Of a stretch of 64,000 nt of DNA, positions 35,518-48,365 are shown piece after piece (position 1 is the stretch's first letter; each line of letters begins with the position of its first letter). A program made the position numbers and the translations under genes. The notes under the pieces were generated by a model. That model saw only the letters and a program-made list of their open reading frames with translations, searched no databases and was not told where the DNA came from. Location: the NCBI GenBank assembly GCA_905478165.1, contig CAJQHK010000001.1:2754-66753 (forward strand), in the 5' to 3' direction. The DNA comes from an uncultured Rickettsiales bacterium (GTDB taxonomy: Bacteria; Pseudomonadota; Alphaproteobacteria; Rickettsiales; UBA1997).

Positions 35518-37215
35518 TTATTCGGTTGATTTGTTAATTTTGTCATTTAAATCTCTAAACTCATTTAAAAATGTATCAATATCATTATTATCAGCTCCAA
35601 TTAAAAGGAAGGCGTTTTTTGCCAATTGTAAACTTGTTTCCATGTCAGGAGACACAATGGATCCCGCTCCAACCATCCTAAATCTATCATCATTATTATT
35701 AGAATTAACCTTTGTCACAACATTAACATGAGGAAAATTATCATGAATAAATCTGGCGGTTTTGAGACAATTAAGATCGTCCTCTGCCGCTATAATTACT
35801 GAATTTGCAGTATTTATGCCTGAACTAATTAAGATATCTTTATTTAAAGAGTCTCCATAATGAACATTATGATTATTTACCCTTCCAGCCTGAACAGATC
35901 TGTAATTATTTCCAAGAGTTATGTATGTGACGTCTTTTTGCTTTAAAAGATTAGTTACAATGCGACCGATTTTACCATATCCTATGATAATTACGTGATC
36001 CGATAAATCACCAACATCTCTTTTTAACTTATTGTCCTTCAGCGCCTCAAGAACATAAATAGACCTTTTAATTTTACTACCAATTATGGCTAGTATCGGC
36101 GTAAATGCCATAGTAACCGTAACTACGGTGATTAATAGCTGCGTTGTGCTCGCAGACATAATGCTCATATTTTGAGCCTCTAAAAACACTACAAAAGCAA
36201 ACTCTCCCCCTTGCGACAATATCAGTCCCGTATGAATTGACGGGGCAATTGGAAATCTAAAAATACGACACAACAATATGATAACAAAAGCCTTTAAAAA
36301 TATTAAAGAAGCAGATAAAAATATGATTAAGTCAAACTTCTGTAATAAAAATTGTAAATCGAAATCCATCCCAACGGTTAAGAAAAAAAGTCCCATCAAT
36401 AAGGATTTAAAAGAAGAGGTTTCTCTTTCAACTCGATATTTATATTCAGTTTCGGCAACCATTAATCCGGCAACAAAGGCGCCCAAAGTAAATGACATCC
36501 CCATGTAATTAGTAATAGCTGCAGAACCTAGGATGATCAACAATGTCGTGCTTAAAAATAAGGTATCATTCCTGGTCGAAACTATAATTCTATAAATCGG
36601 TCTTAAAAACAATCTTCCTACAGCGAATATAATAACAAATGCTAATATCGCCCTAAAAAAAGCATCGGCAATAGCACTATGGAGCTGAGCCTCCTGCATT
36701 GAGATTAAGGGCAGCAATACTAGAATTGGTATCACAGCTAAATCCTGCATTATTAAAGCCGATATTGACAATCTACCAACTCGCGTTGATTGTTCAGAAC
36801 TTTCTGCTATAACTTGCATTACTATGGCTGTAGAAGAGAGGGCTAAAGATGATGATATAATTAAAGCTACGCCATTATCAAAACTAAAGACGCTTGTTGC
36901 TATGATGTAAAAAAGAATAGTTGTAAGTAAAAATTGCAAACCTCCAAAACCAATAACATATTTTCTCATAGCCTTTAACTTGTCGAAAGTTAACTCTAGG
37001 CCTATACTAAACAACAAAAATACTACTCCAAATTCTGCGATAGAGGTGGTAATTTCACTAGATTGAATGTAGGCAAAGCCAGAAGGTCCAATTGCAACGC
37101 CTGCAAATAAATACCCAAGTACCGGACTCAATTTTAATTGCTTAAAGAAGGCAATCATAAATATCGATGTCGATAATAGAATTATTAGATCTTTTAAGTA
37201 AGAGACTTCGTGCAT
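35518..37215 (-). CDS. CPA2-family monovalent cation:proton antiporter with C-terminal KTN/TrkA-N domain (KefB/KefC-like)
   Basis: 565 aa. A polytopic N-terminal domain is followed by the Rossmann motif IIIGYGKIGR. Confidence 0.8.
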   Translation of the reverse strand: MHEVSYLKDLIILLSTSIFMIAFFKQLKLSPVLGYLFAGVAIGPSGFAYIQSSEITTSIAEFGVVFLLFSIGLELTFDKLKAMRKYVIGFGGLQFLLTTILFYIIATSVFSFDNGVALIISSSLALSSTAIVMQVIAESSEQSTRVGRLSISALIMQDLAVIPILVLLPLISMQEAQLHSAIADAFFRAILAFVIIFAVGRLFLRPIYRIIVSTRNDTLFLSTTLLIILGSAAITNYMGMSFTLGAFVAGLMVAETEYKYRVERETSSFKSLLMGLFFLTVGMDFDLQFLLQKFDLIIFLSASLIFLKAFVIILLCRIFRFPIAPSIHTGLILSQGGEFAFVVFLEAQNMSIMSASTTQLLITVVTVTMAFTPILAIIGSKIKRSIYVLEALKDNKLKRDVGDLSDHVIIIGYGKIGRIVTNLLKQKDVTYITLGNNYRSVQAGRVNNHNVHYGDSLNKDILISSGINTANSVIIAAEDDLNCLKTARFIHDNFPHVNVVTKVNSNNNDDRFRMVGAGSIVSPDMETSLQLAKNAFLLIGADNNDIDTFLNEFRDLNDKINKSTE

Positions 37216-37338
37216 AATTACTGGTCAGTATTGTAAAATGAGTATAGCTTGTTTAAACTGACAATTGGTGTGGTCGATACTGACCTCGTATTAATCAGTT
37301 AGAATTATCTTACTGATTCATAAATAAATCAAGAATAA

Positions 37339-38532
37339 ATGTTGGAAATTGAGGGGATAAAGATAGCGACAATAAATAGTGGTATTAAATATAAGGATCG
37401 CGACGATCTGTTATTGATTGAGATGCCAAAAGGTTCAATTGTCAGTGGTGTTTTTACCAAATCTAACATTGTTGGAGATTGCATTACCGAGGCTCGTAAA
37501 AATATTAAAAATGGAAGTGTGAAGTCTTTGATCGTTAACTCTGGAAATGCCAATGTTTTTAACGGTAAATTTGGTCAGGAGGCTGTCAACAATATTAACA
37601 AAACTGCAGCTAATTTGTTTAATTGTAAACAAGAAGAAGTTTATAGCTTTTCAACCGGAGTAATTGGTGAAATTTTAAATGACAAACTAATTACCGAAAA
37701 ACTACCAAAGATGTTTCAAAAATTGGATCAAAATGAAGATTATTGGGAAAAAGCTGCCTCAGCAATATTGACAACCGACCTTAAAACAAAAAAAATTAGC
37801 AAAAAATTTGAAATTAATGGTCAAAAAGTGCGGATTAATGCCATAGCCAAAGGTTCCGGTATGATAGCGCCAAATATGGCGACAATGCTTTCCTTTATTT
37901 TCACTGACATCAATATTGATCAAAAGATTTTACAAAAAATATTTAGCGAAATTAACGAAATTAGCTTTAATTCAATTACAGTTGATTCTGATACCTCTAC
38001 TAGTGATGCGGCAATGATTTTTTCAACTAAAAAAGTAGGAAATTATGAAATTACCGATATTAATGACCCAAGTTTAGTTATTTTTAAGGAAAAGCTATCT
38101 GAGATTATGATTTATTTGGCGAAAGAGATAGTGGCCGATGGTGAAGGTGCCAAGAAATTAATAGAAATTAACCTTAGAAATGCCAAATCTCATATTTCTG
38201 CCAAAAATATTGCTTTTTCTGTAGCGAATTCGCCATTAGTTAAGACTGCAATTGCTGGATCCGATCCCAATTGGGGTCGTATCCTAATGGCAGTTGGTAA
38301 AGTAGGGGAGAAAATTGACCCAACAAAAATCAATATCAAAATTGGTGACAATAATATAGTAACAAATGGTGAGAAAGATCCTTCATATAGCGAAGAAAAA
38401 ACCCATAACTACTTAAAGAGTGATAAAATTTATATTGAAATTGACCTAAATATTGGCAGTTTTTCTAGAAGAGTTTGGAGTTGCGACTTCAATGAGGAAT
38501 ACATTAAGATTAACAAGGATTACAGAAGTTAA
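37339..38532 (+). CDS. argJ: bifunctional glutamate N-acetyltransferase / amino-acid acetyltransferase
   Basis: 397 aa with the ArgJ autoprocessing region KGSGMIAPNMATMLSFIFTD and the C-terminal pattern DLNIG...WSCDF. Confidence 0.9.
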   Translation: MLEIEGIKIATINSGIKYKDRDDLLLIEMPKGSIVSGVFTKSNIVGDCITEARKNIKNGSVKSLIVNSGNANVFNGKFGQEAVNNINKTAANLFNCKQEEVYSFSTGVIGEILNDKLITEKLPKMFQKLDQNEDYWEKAASAILTTDLKTKKISKKFEINGQKVRINAIAKGSGMIAPNMATMLSFIFTDINIDQKILQKIFSEINEISFNSITVDSDTSTSDAAMIFSTKKVGNYEITDINDPSLVIFKEKLSEIMIYLAKEIVADGEGAKKLIEINLRNAKSHISAKNIAFSVANSPLVKTAIAGSDPNWGRILMAVGKVGEKIDPTKINIKIGDNNIVTNGEKDPSYSEEKTHNYLKSDKIYIEIDLNIGSFSRRVWSCDFNEEYIKINKDYRS

Positions 38533-38578
38533 TCTATCTTTTCGATGTCAATTATCAATTTTATTAGCTATTTTTTAA

Positions 38579-39104
38579 TTATTTATAAAAATATTAGCAT
38601 TCGCCGCAAATGATGGTAAAAAGTCAACCAACAAACAGCTTGCAGCATATTCAGCGGGGTTACTAAAAAATACTCAAACTAAGATTTTAGATTTAAAATG
38701 ATTAAAAACTTCCATTATTTAGAGCAAACAAGGGGTCTAATCTTGGTAAGTCAGAATTGACGCAGGATTTTTTATCAGAAATTGGAGATAATGACGCTAT
38801 TATTATATCATTTGCAGAACATAGTGGTTCATACAGAGCTGCTTATAACAACCTTTCTAATTTGCGTTACTCTCAAACCATTCCAAAATGGTAATTATTG
38901 ATATAGTACCATTTTAAAAACTATGTTAAAAAAACTAAACAATCTATTTTTATCTTTTTACCCGACCAAAATTAGCAAAGCTTAATGGTATCTGTAAAAA
39001 CTGAGGTCTCTTATTTTTCTATAAAGGTAATTGATGAAAATGGTCATTCAGGAAGTGAAAATGGGATTAAGAACTGTTTAAGTTATTTTTTTACAATTTC
39101 TTAA
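38579..39104 (+). pseudogene. decayed NAD(P)H-dependent FMN reductase-like gene
   Basis: No ATG is present. Fragments lie in different frames and are separated by stops. They read KILAFAANDGKKSTNKQLAAYSAGLLKNTQTKILDLK, then ELTQDFLSEIGDNDAIIISFAEHSGSYRAAYNNLSNL, then ...VIDENGHSGSENGIKNCLSYFF. Their order matches the FMN_red family layout (ILxxSGSxRxxSxN ... PEYNGSYxxxLKN). Confidence 0.55.
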
Positions 39105-39209
39105 TATAGGGTGTAAACCCCGTCAAAGTAGCGAAGCTACTTTGACAAAAGAGCGGTATGCTTTTTACCCATTTTCAGCGGGTAGGTGATTGAAGATTTG
39201 TGAGTCGAA

Positions 39210-40868
39210 TTAGAATCCGCCCATACCAGGCATTCCACCCATGCCACCCATAGGAGGCATTCCAGCAGCACCAGCACCAGAATCTTCAGTTTTAGCGTCA
39301 ACGATTGCAACCTCGGTAGTAATTAACAGAGATGCGATTGAAGTGGCATCTTGAAGAGCAGATCTCACGACCTTAACTGGATCAATTACACCATCCTCAA
39401 ACATATTGACATATTTGCCAGTTTGAGCATTAAAACCATAATCCTTGTCGCTTTTGATAGAAACTTCATTAGCAACAACAGCGCCATCAAAACCAGCATT
39501 TTCAGCTATTTGACGAATTGGCGCTTGAAGAGCTTTTTTCACGATAGTAATACCGCTATTTTGATCTTCATTTGTACCCTTGACGTTATCTAGAATTTTA
39601 GCAGCGTAAAGAAGGGCAGAGCCACCACCAGCGATAACACCTTCTTGCATTGCAGCTCTAGTTGCAGCAAGAGCATCTTCGACGCGGTCTTTCTTTTCCT
39701 TGACTTCAACCTCGGTTGCACCACCAACTCTTAAGATTGCAACACCACCAGAAAGCTTAGCTAGTCTTTCTTGTAATTTTTCACAATCATAGTCAGAAGT
39801 AGTTTCTTCGATTTGTTGCTTAATCTGATTACACCTAGATTTAACATCGGAATCAGAAGCTGCACCATCAATAATTGTAGTTTCTTCCTTAGTGATTATA
39901 ATTTTTTTGGCAGAACCTAAATGCTCTAAAGTAGTAGTTTCTAGAGTCATACCAAGATCTTCAGCAATTAGCTGACCCTTAGTTAGACAAGCAATATCTT
40001 CTAACATTGCCTTTCTTCTATCACCAAATCCTGGAGCTTTAACAGCAGCAATCTTTAAACCACCTCTTAATTTGTTGATAACAAGAGCAGCAAGAGCTTC
40101 ACCCTCAATATCTTCAGCAATAATTAATAATGGTTTGCCAGATTGAGAAACAGCTTCAAGGATAGTAATTAATGGCTGTAAGTTGGTAATTTTTTTCTCG
40201 AAAATCAAAATATATGGATTTTCAAACTCAACCGTCATTTTTTCTGAATTTGTAACAAAGTAAGGAGAAAGATATCCTCTGTCGAAGTTCATACCTTCTA
40301 CAATATTAGTTTCAAAATCAAGGCCCTTAGCCTCCTCAACAGTGATTGGACTTTCAGGTCCAACTTTTTCAACAGCATCGGCAATTTTTTCACCAATATC
40401 AGTATCGCCATTAGAAGAGATGGTAGCAACTTGAGCAATTTCAAAATTACCCTTAACCGCTCTTGAGTTATTCCTTAACTCTTCAAGAACTTTTATAACC
40501 GCTAAGTCAATTCCTCTTTTAAGATCCATAGAATTGATGCCAGTTGCAACTAATTTCGAACCCTCCCTAACAATTGCTTGAGCAAGAACTGTAGAGGTAG
40601 TAGTTCCATCCCCAGCAACATCATTAGTTTTAGAAGCTACTTCCTTAATCATGGCTGCACCCATATTTTGGAACTTATCCTTTAGCTCAATCTCTTTAGC
40701 AACAGAAACACCATCCTTAGTGATTCTTGGAGCTCCAAATGATCTATCAATAATAACATTTTTACCTTTTGGGCCTAACGTTACTTTTACTGCATTTGCA
40801 ATGATGTCGACACCTTCACAAATTTTTGTTCTAGCGTCTGTATTAAATAAAATTTCTTTTGCTGACAT
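39210..40868 (-). CDS. groEL: chaperonin GroEL
   Basis: 552 aa, an unmistakable Cpn60 sequence with a C-terminal GGM-type tail ([13 protein letters not shown]). Confidence 0.97.
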   Translation of the reverse strand: MSAKEILFNTDARTKICEGVDIIANAVKVTLGPKGKNVIIDRSFGAPRITKDGVSVAKEIELKDKFQNMGAAMIKEVASKTNDVAGDGTTTSTVLAQAIVREGSKLVATGINSMDLKRGIDLAVIKVLEELRNNSRAVKGNFEIAQVATISSNGDTDIGEKIADAVEKVGPESPITVEEAKGLDFETNIVEGMNFDRGYLSPYFVTNSEKMTVEFENPYILIFEKKITNLQPLITILEAVSQSGKPLLIIAEDIEGEALAALVINKLRGGLKIAAVKAPGFGDRRKAMLEDIACLTKGQLIAEDLGMTLETTTLEHLGSAKKIIITKEETTIIDGAASDSDVKSRCNQIKQQIEETTSDYDCEKLQERLAKLSGGVAILRVGGATEVEVKEKKDRVEDALAATRAAMQEGVIAGGGSALLYAAKILDNVKGTNEDQNSGITIVKKALQAPIRQIAENAGFDGAVVANEVSIKSDKDYGFNAQTGKYVNMFEDGVIDPVKVVRSALQDATSIASLLITTEVAIVDAKTEDSGAGAAGMPPMGGMGGMPGMGGF

Positions 40869-40887
40869 TGTATTTATATATTTAAAG

Positions 40888-41178
40888 TTATTCAGTAATA
40901 GCTAAGATATCAGACTCCTTTAAAATAAGAAGATCTTTACCCTCAACCTTGATTTCAGTTCCGCCCCATTTGGCAAAAAGAATATTGTCGCCAACCTTTA
41001 CATCTAAAGGAATGCTTTTACCATTCTCGCTCTTAATACCGTTACCAACGGCAATGACTTTACCTTCAGAAGGTTTTTCTTTAGCAGTGTCCGGAATAAT
41101 AATTCCGCCTGCAGTAGTAGTTTCAGCCTCGACTCTTTCGACTAAAACATTATTGTGTAATGGCTTAATATTACTCAT
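40888..41178 (-). CDS. groES: co-chaperonin GroES
   Basis: 96 aa Cpn10 ([26 protein letters not shown]). Confidence 0.95.
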   Translation of the reverse strand: MSNIKPLHNNVLVERVEAETTTAGGIIIPDTAKEKPSEGKVIAVGNGIKSENGKSIPLDVKVGDNILFAKWGGTEIKVEGKDLLILKESDILAITE

Positions 41179-41355
41179 AATTTTTAAATTAATTAATATT
41201 ATTATTAACGCTTAAATTGAAGTCCTCCTCAAAATCGCAATATCAAAACTTACCCTAATCTAACTTTAACCAAAAATTAAAGTAAAGAGATATCAGAAAA
41301 AACTTTAGATTCCTAGACAACCCTTTTGCAAAAGATAAGTTCTTATCATAACTTT

Positions 41356-41385
41356 ATATATAGGTATGTTTCGATTTTTTACAAG
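41356..41385 (-). promoter_or_regulatory. candidate RpoH (sigma-32)-type promoter for groESL
   Basis: The minus strand reads CTTG-taaaaaatcgaaacata-CCTATATAT. This fits the reported alphaproteobacterial heat-shock consensus CTTG-N17-CYTATNT. It lies about 180 nt upstream of the groES ATG. This is motif evidence only. Confidence 0.4.
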
Positions 41386-41441
41386 GCCTTACATCATTTA
41401 AAACTATTTCAAAAAAATTGATTTAAAAATTAGTATTGATG

Positions 41442-42623
41442 CTATGCATAATTTCCGGCAACAAAACCAGAAGACCAAGCCCACTGAAAATTATACCCTC
41501 CCAGATGTCCGGTTACATCTAAAACTTCACCAATAAAATAGAGATTTTTAATTTTTTTTGATTCAAAAGTTTTTGAAGAAATTTCATTACTATCAACGCC
41601 TCCAATCGTAACTTCCGCCTTAACAAACCCCTCTGTTCCATCTGGAATTATCTGATAGCTATTAATATTATTTGAAATAATTTGAATTTGTCTTTTACTT
41701 AAGTTTGCTAAAATGCCCGAAATTTTACTTTCTAACAAAATGTAATTTATCAATTTTTTCGGAAGTAAGTTGCTTAACGAATTCGCCACATCTTGTTTTA
41801 AATTTTGCTGCTTTGCGTCAATTAAATAATCATAAATATCAATTTTCGGAGAAAAATTAATAGTAATTGTCTGATTTTTGTGCCAATATGATGAAATTTG
41901 CAATATGGCAGGACCACTAATTCCTTTATGAGTAAATAGTACGTTTTCAAGAAATACTTTTTTACCAATGCTGACTTCACAAAAAGCGCTAATCCCCGCT
42001 AATTCCTTGGTTTTTTCCAGTAAATTTTTAGAAAAAGTTAGAGGAACCAAAGCTGGACGCGGAAAGATGATTTTTAAACCAAATTGCTTGGCGATTTTGT
42101 AACCAAAATCTGTAGCCCCCATTTTAGGAATCGATAAGCCGCCAGTTGCAACAATCAAAGACTTTGATTTAAAAGCGCCCTTACTACTTTTAATAAAAAA
42201 CTCATCTGCAATTTTTTCTATTGTAAGGATTTCGGTCTCCGTCTCTATAGTGACATCATATTTTTTGCACCCATCGAGAAACATATTGATGATTTGTTTA
42301 GAAGATTTGTCGCAAAATAACTGTCCTAAGGTTTTTTCATAATAAGAAATATCATTATTCTCTACCATTTTTATAAAATCATCTTGGGTGAACTTCTTTA
42401 AAGCAGAGATTGCAAAATGTGGATTTTGTGATAAAAAATTATCCTGAGTAACGCTTAAATTGGTAAAGTTACAACGACCACCGCCAGAAATTCTAATTTT
42501 CTCAGCGATATTTTTTGACCTCTCGATGATTAAGGTTCTCTTACCTCTTTTTCCCATCTGCAATCCACACATTAAACCCGCTGCCCCAGCACCAACAACT
42601 ACCGCTTCATAACGCTTATTCAT
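41442..42623 (-). CDS. HI0933/BaiN-like NAD(P)/FAD-dependent oxidoreductase
   Basis: 393 aa with VVVGAGAAGLMCG, ISGGGRCNFTN and a C-terminal GGYNFQWAWSSG, typical of the TIGR00275-type flavoproteins. Confidence 0.8.
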   Translation of the reverse strand: MNKRYEAVVVGAGAAGLMCGLQMGKRGKRTLIIERSKNIAEKIRISGGGRCNFTNLSVTQDNFLSQNPHFAISALKKFTQDDFIKMVENNDISYYEKTLGQLFCDKSSKQIINMFLDGCKKYDVTIETETEILTIEKIADEFFIKSSKGAFKSKSLIVATGGLSIPKMGATDFGYKIAKQFGLKIIFPRPALVPLTFSKNLLEKTKELAGISAFCEVSIGKKVFLENVLFTHKGISGPAILQISSYWHKNQTITINFSPKIDIYDYLIDAKQQNLKQDVANSLSNLLPKKLINYILLESKISGILANLSKRQIQIISNNINSYQIIPDGTEGFVKAEVTIGGVDSNEISSKTFESKKIKNLYFIGEVLDVTGHLGGYNFQWAWSSGFVAGNYA

Positions 42624-42750
42624 AAATGAATTTAAAAGAATTTGTAAAAATTAATACCGCCAAAACTCATCCCTAAATTGTTAAAAAATTCTTGGACCTT
42701 GTTAAGTTTGATAATTGTCATGATAGCAAGTATAACATTTAATTACACGC

Positions 42751-42950
42751 TTAATAGTTTTTCGCAGTCAATAAGCAACCTACCAATGCCACCTTTCTGT
42801 ATATCCTTTTTATTTGACCCCACTTCTTTTCGACGAGATTAAGGTCAAGAGAATATCCTGGAAGATATTTAATATTACTTCCCAATTCTTCTAACGACTC
42901 TCTGTATCGTCTCTTTTATAAAAAGAGGTGTGATCAAGAATAATTGTCAT
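42751..42950 (-). pseudogene. IS630/Tc1-mariner-type transposase C-terminal remnant (frameshifted)
   Basis: The minus strand reads MTIILDHTSFYKRDDTESR-stop. One frame over it reads ELGSNIKYLPGYSLDLNLVEKKWGQIKRIYRK. This corresponds to the IS630 DDE C-terminal pattern (DNASFH ... LPPYSPDLNPIExxW). Only about 65 codons survive. Confidence 0.6.
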
Positions 42951-43213
42951 GTTTTTGTTTTTTTATTTCAGATAAATAACATTCTTTGTATGGCATAAAT
43001 TAGACCCAGATTTGTTTAGAGTTAATCCAGAGAAATGTAGAAATATAGTAAATGGCTTAAGGAAATTAAGGAGATTTGGTAAAATAGCGTTGTAAAACTT
43101 GACGCTTAGGTTTTATTTTTAATCGAGATTATAAATAGCTATTTCAAGATTAAAAATAAAACAAATTAAAGCAAAAGTAAGGCTCTTGATGTAGATTTAA
43201 GATTTATATTAAC

Positions 43214-45105
<1,892 letters not shown>

Positions 45106-45276
45106 TAAAAAAATAATTAAAATAATTTTAGACCTAGTATAAAAAAACCTAGATGGGTCATATTTTTTGGAGCAATATTATGTATATTTGCACCAAAAAC
45201 TGGTGATTATTTAGGCTAAAAATAGAGCGTGAGCTATATTATAATATTGAGGTTAAATATTATTGTAAAGAAGTTA

Positions 45277-45305
45277 TTGACAGTAAAAACATTGGCTGTT
45301 ATACA
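45277..45305 (+). promoter_or_regulatory. candidate sigma-70 promoter (TTGACA-N17-TATACA)
   Basis: An exact -35 hexamer with a 17-nt spacer lies about 200 nt upstream of the uvrA ATG. This is motif evidence only, in an AT-rich spacer. Confidence 0.3.
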
Positions 45306-45502
45306 TTTCATATCAAGCTTTATTTAATTCAGGCTAAAAATAGCAAATTAAGGATGGTTAGCTACAATTAGCATTGGTAGATTTTGCAGAGGTTCTTATG
45401 TAATACACTTTAGGCATTAGCACTAGGCTTCTGGCTTATTTCTAAGTTGAATAATATTACTATCTCAATCGACTAACACCTCAATCAATACAGACCTAAA
45501 TA

Positions 45503-48358
45503 ATGGAAGAAAAAGCAATTAAAGTTGTCAATGCCAAAGAACATAATCTCAAAAATGTCTCGATAGATATTCCAAAAAATCAATTAGTTGTTGTTACAGG
45601 CCTGAGCGGTTCAGGAAAATCCTCATTAGTGTTTGACACGGTTTATGCCGAGGCACAAAGAAGGTACATTGAGAGTCTGTCAGTTTACTCTAGGCAATTC
45701 TTGAACATGCAAAGTAAGCCAGATGTAGAGTCTATCTCTGGACTTTCTCCAGCAATTGCTATTAGTCAAAAAACTACCTCAAGAAATCCGCGATCTACGG
45801 TTGCAACTGTGACTGAGATTTATGATTATATGAGATTGTTGTTCGCCAAAATTGGCGTTCCTCATTCTCCGGAAACTGGACTTCCCATCTCTAATCAATC
45901 CTCATCGCAGATGGTGGAGCAAATTAAAAAATTACCAGATGGTACCAAATTATATATTTTAGCGCCAATCGCTAGAGGGCAAAAGGGAGAGTTTAGAAGG
46001 GAGATAATAAATATCAAAAAACAGGGGTTTGCTAGGTTAAAAATAAATGGCAAGGTTTACAAATTAAATGAACCAATTCCAAAATTAGAAAAAACTAAAA
46101 AGCATGATATTGAGGTTGTGGTTGATAGAATTGTTATGTCAGAAAGTCTTGGTAACAGAATCGCCGACTCGGTAGAAACAGCTTTAAAACTCTCTGAGGG
46201 CTTAATTTTTGTAGAAATTGTTGCCGTACCAGATGGTTGCACGCAATACAAGAAAAAAGACATCATTACTTTCTCAGAAAAATTTTCTTGCCCAGTTTCC
46301 GGATTCACTATTACTGAAATTGAGCCAAGATTGTTTTCATTCAATAGTCATTACGGCGCTTGCGAAGTGTGTGATGGACTTGGTACCGAGCTTTTCTTTT
46401 CTGAAGAGCTAGTAGTTCCTGATGAAAATTTATCATTACAGGAGGGTGCTATAGCTGTTTGGCAAGGGTCAGAATCTAAGCATTTTGGGCAAATATTGAC
46501 CGCTCTTGGTGAAAAATATAAATTCGCTCTCGATGTACCATTTAAAGAGTTGAATGCGGAGGTTAGAAAAATTATCTTCTACGGTATTGAAGGCGAAATT
46601 GAAATGAAATATCAGGATGGATTTAGAACTTATACTGTCAAACACACATTTGAAGGGGTAATAAATTATCTAAAATTTCAATATAATGATTCCAGTAAGT
46701 CGTCCTTAAAAGAAAATATAGCAAAATATCAGGACTTAACCACTTGCCATGTCTGCGAAGGTGCCAGACTAAACGAAGAAGCCCTGTCTGTTAAAATTCA
46801 TGGCATAAATATTGCCCAAATGGCTAACCTATCTATTGTCAAAACAATAGATTGGCTTGAGGATCTTAAGAATCACCTAGATGAAATTAAAATTAAAATT
46901 TCCGAAAGAATTGTTAAAGAGACTAATAAAAGACTTGGTTTTTTAAAAAATGTTGGTCTGGAATACTTAACTCTAAACAGAAAAGCGGGAACCTTATCTG
47001 GCGGTGAGGCTCAGAGAATTCGTCTTGCCTCTCAAATTGGTTCTGGACTTTCTGGAGTGATTTATGTGCTAGATGAACCTTCAATTGGACTACACCAATC
47101 AGACAATAATAAATTAATTACCACCCTAAAAAATCTTAGAGATATAGGAAACTCAGTATTAGTTGTTGAGCATGATGAAGACATGATGAGGGAGTCGGAT
47201 TATTTAATAGATGTCGGTCCGGGAGCCGGAATTCATGGTGGACAAATTATCTCTCAAGGACTACCGCAGGATGTAATAAATGACGATAACAGCATTACTG
47301 GTCAGTATCTAAGTGGTAAAAAAGAAATTCCAATTCCAAAAAACAGGAGGACCGTTAGTCAAAAATATGCAATCACAATTAAAGATTGCGTGGCCAATAA
47401 TTTAAAAAATATTACTGCCAAATTTCCTTTGGGAGTTTTTTGTGCCGTTACCGGCATTTCTGGCGGCGGCAAATCAAGTTTAGTTATACATACATTATAC
47501 AAGGCTTTAAATAGGTTGGTAAATAATTCAAAATCAATTCCGGGGCCATATAAATCTATCGAAGGTTTTGCTTATATTGATAAAATTATTCAAATTGACC
47601 AATCTTCGATCGGCAGGACACCAAGATCAAACCCTTGCACCTATATTAGCGCCTTTACTCCAATTAGAGAATTTTTTACCAACCTACCAGAAGCAAGATC
47701 TAGGGGTTACAAATCAGGAAGATTTTCTTTCAATGTTAAGGGTGGTAGGTGTGAAAATTGTCAGGGTGACGGTCTAATCAAGATTGAGATGCATTTCTTG
47801 CCTGACATTTATGTTGTTTGTGATGTTTGTAAGGGTCATCGTTACAACAAAGAGACCTTAGAAATTAAATATAAGGACCAAACTATCGCCGATATTCTTG
47901 AAATGACGGCCGAAGAAGCTAAGGCGTTTTGGGTTAGTATGCCTCATATCTACGACAAATTTAAAGCTCTTTGTGACGTCGGTTTAAATTATATAAAAAT
48001 TGGCCAATCAGCAACAACCCTCTCTGGTGGCGAGGCTCAAAGAATTAAATTAGCTAAAGAGCTTAGCAAGAAGGCAACTGGCAAAACCTTATATATTCTT
48101 GACGAACCAACTACCGGTCTACATTTTGAAGATATCAACAAATTACTAAAATCGCTTCATAAATTAGTTGACAACGGAAATAGCATCATTGTTATTGAGC
48201 ACAATCTTGATATTATTAAAACTTCAGATTGGGTTATTGATATTGGACCTTGTGGCGGCGATAAGGGTGGCTACATTGTGGCAGAAGGTAGGCCCGAGGA
48301 TATAGCTAATAATCCAGAATCAGTTACGGGGGAGTATCTAAAAAAAATGTTAAACTAA
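45503..48358 (+). CDS. uvrA: excinuclease ABC subunit A
   Basis: 951 aa with two ABC modules (GLSGSGKSS and GISGGGKSS; signatures LSGGEAQR twice) and CxxC zinc modules. Confidence 0.97.
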   Translation: MEEKAIKVVNAKEHNLKNVSIDIPKNQLVVVTGLSGSGKSSLVFDTVYAEAQRRYIESLSVYSRQFLNMQSKPDVESISGLSPAIAISQKTTSRNPRSTVATVTEIYDYMRLLFAKIGVPHSPETGLPISNQSSSQMVEQIKKLPDGTKLYILAPIARGQKGEFRREIINIKKQGFARLKINGKVYKLNEPIPKLEKTKKHDIEVVVDRIVMSESLGNRIADSVETALKLSEGLIFVEIVAVPDGCTQYKKKDIITFSEKFSCPVSGFTITEIEPRLFSFNSHYGACEVCDGLGTELFFSEELVVPDENLSLQEGAIAVWQGSESKHFGQILTALGEKYKFALDVPFKELNAEVRKIIFYGIEGEIEMKYQDGFRTYTVKHTFEGVINYLKFQYNDSSKSSLKENIAKYQDLTTCHVCEGARLNEEALSVKIHGINIAQMANLSIVKTIDWLEDLKNHLDEIKIKISERIVKETNKRLGFLKNVGLEYLTLNRKAGTLSGGEAQRIRLASQIGSGLSGVIYVLDEPSIGLHQSDNNKLITTLKNLRDIGNSVLVVEHDEDMMRESDYLIDVGPGAGIHGGQIISQGLPQDVINDDNSITGQYLSGKKEIPIPKNRRTVSQKYAITIKDCVANNLKNITAKFPLGVFCAVTGISGGGKSSLVIHTLYKALNRLVNNSKSIPGPYKSIEGFAYIDKIIQIDQSSIGRTPRSNPCTYISAFTPIREFFTNLPEARSRGYKSGRFSFNVKGGRCENCQGDGLIKIEMHFLPDIYVVCDVCKGHRYNKETLEIKYKDQTIADILEMTAEEAKAFWVSMPHIYDKFKALCDVGLNYIKIGQSATTLSGGEAQRIKLAKELSKKATGKTLYILDEPTTGLHFEDINKLLKSLHKLVDNGNSIIVIEHNLDIIKTSDWVIDIGPCGGDKGGYIVAEGRPEDIANNPESVTGEYLKKMLN

Positions 48359-48365
48359 ACTTTAT

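Noticed and set aside
41179-41441. Search for a CIRCE (TTAGCACTC-N9-GAGTGCTAA) operator upstream of groES.
   Set aside because: No CIRCE-like inverted repeat is present. Only the RpoH-type promoter motif was found.
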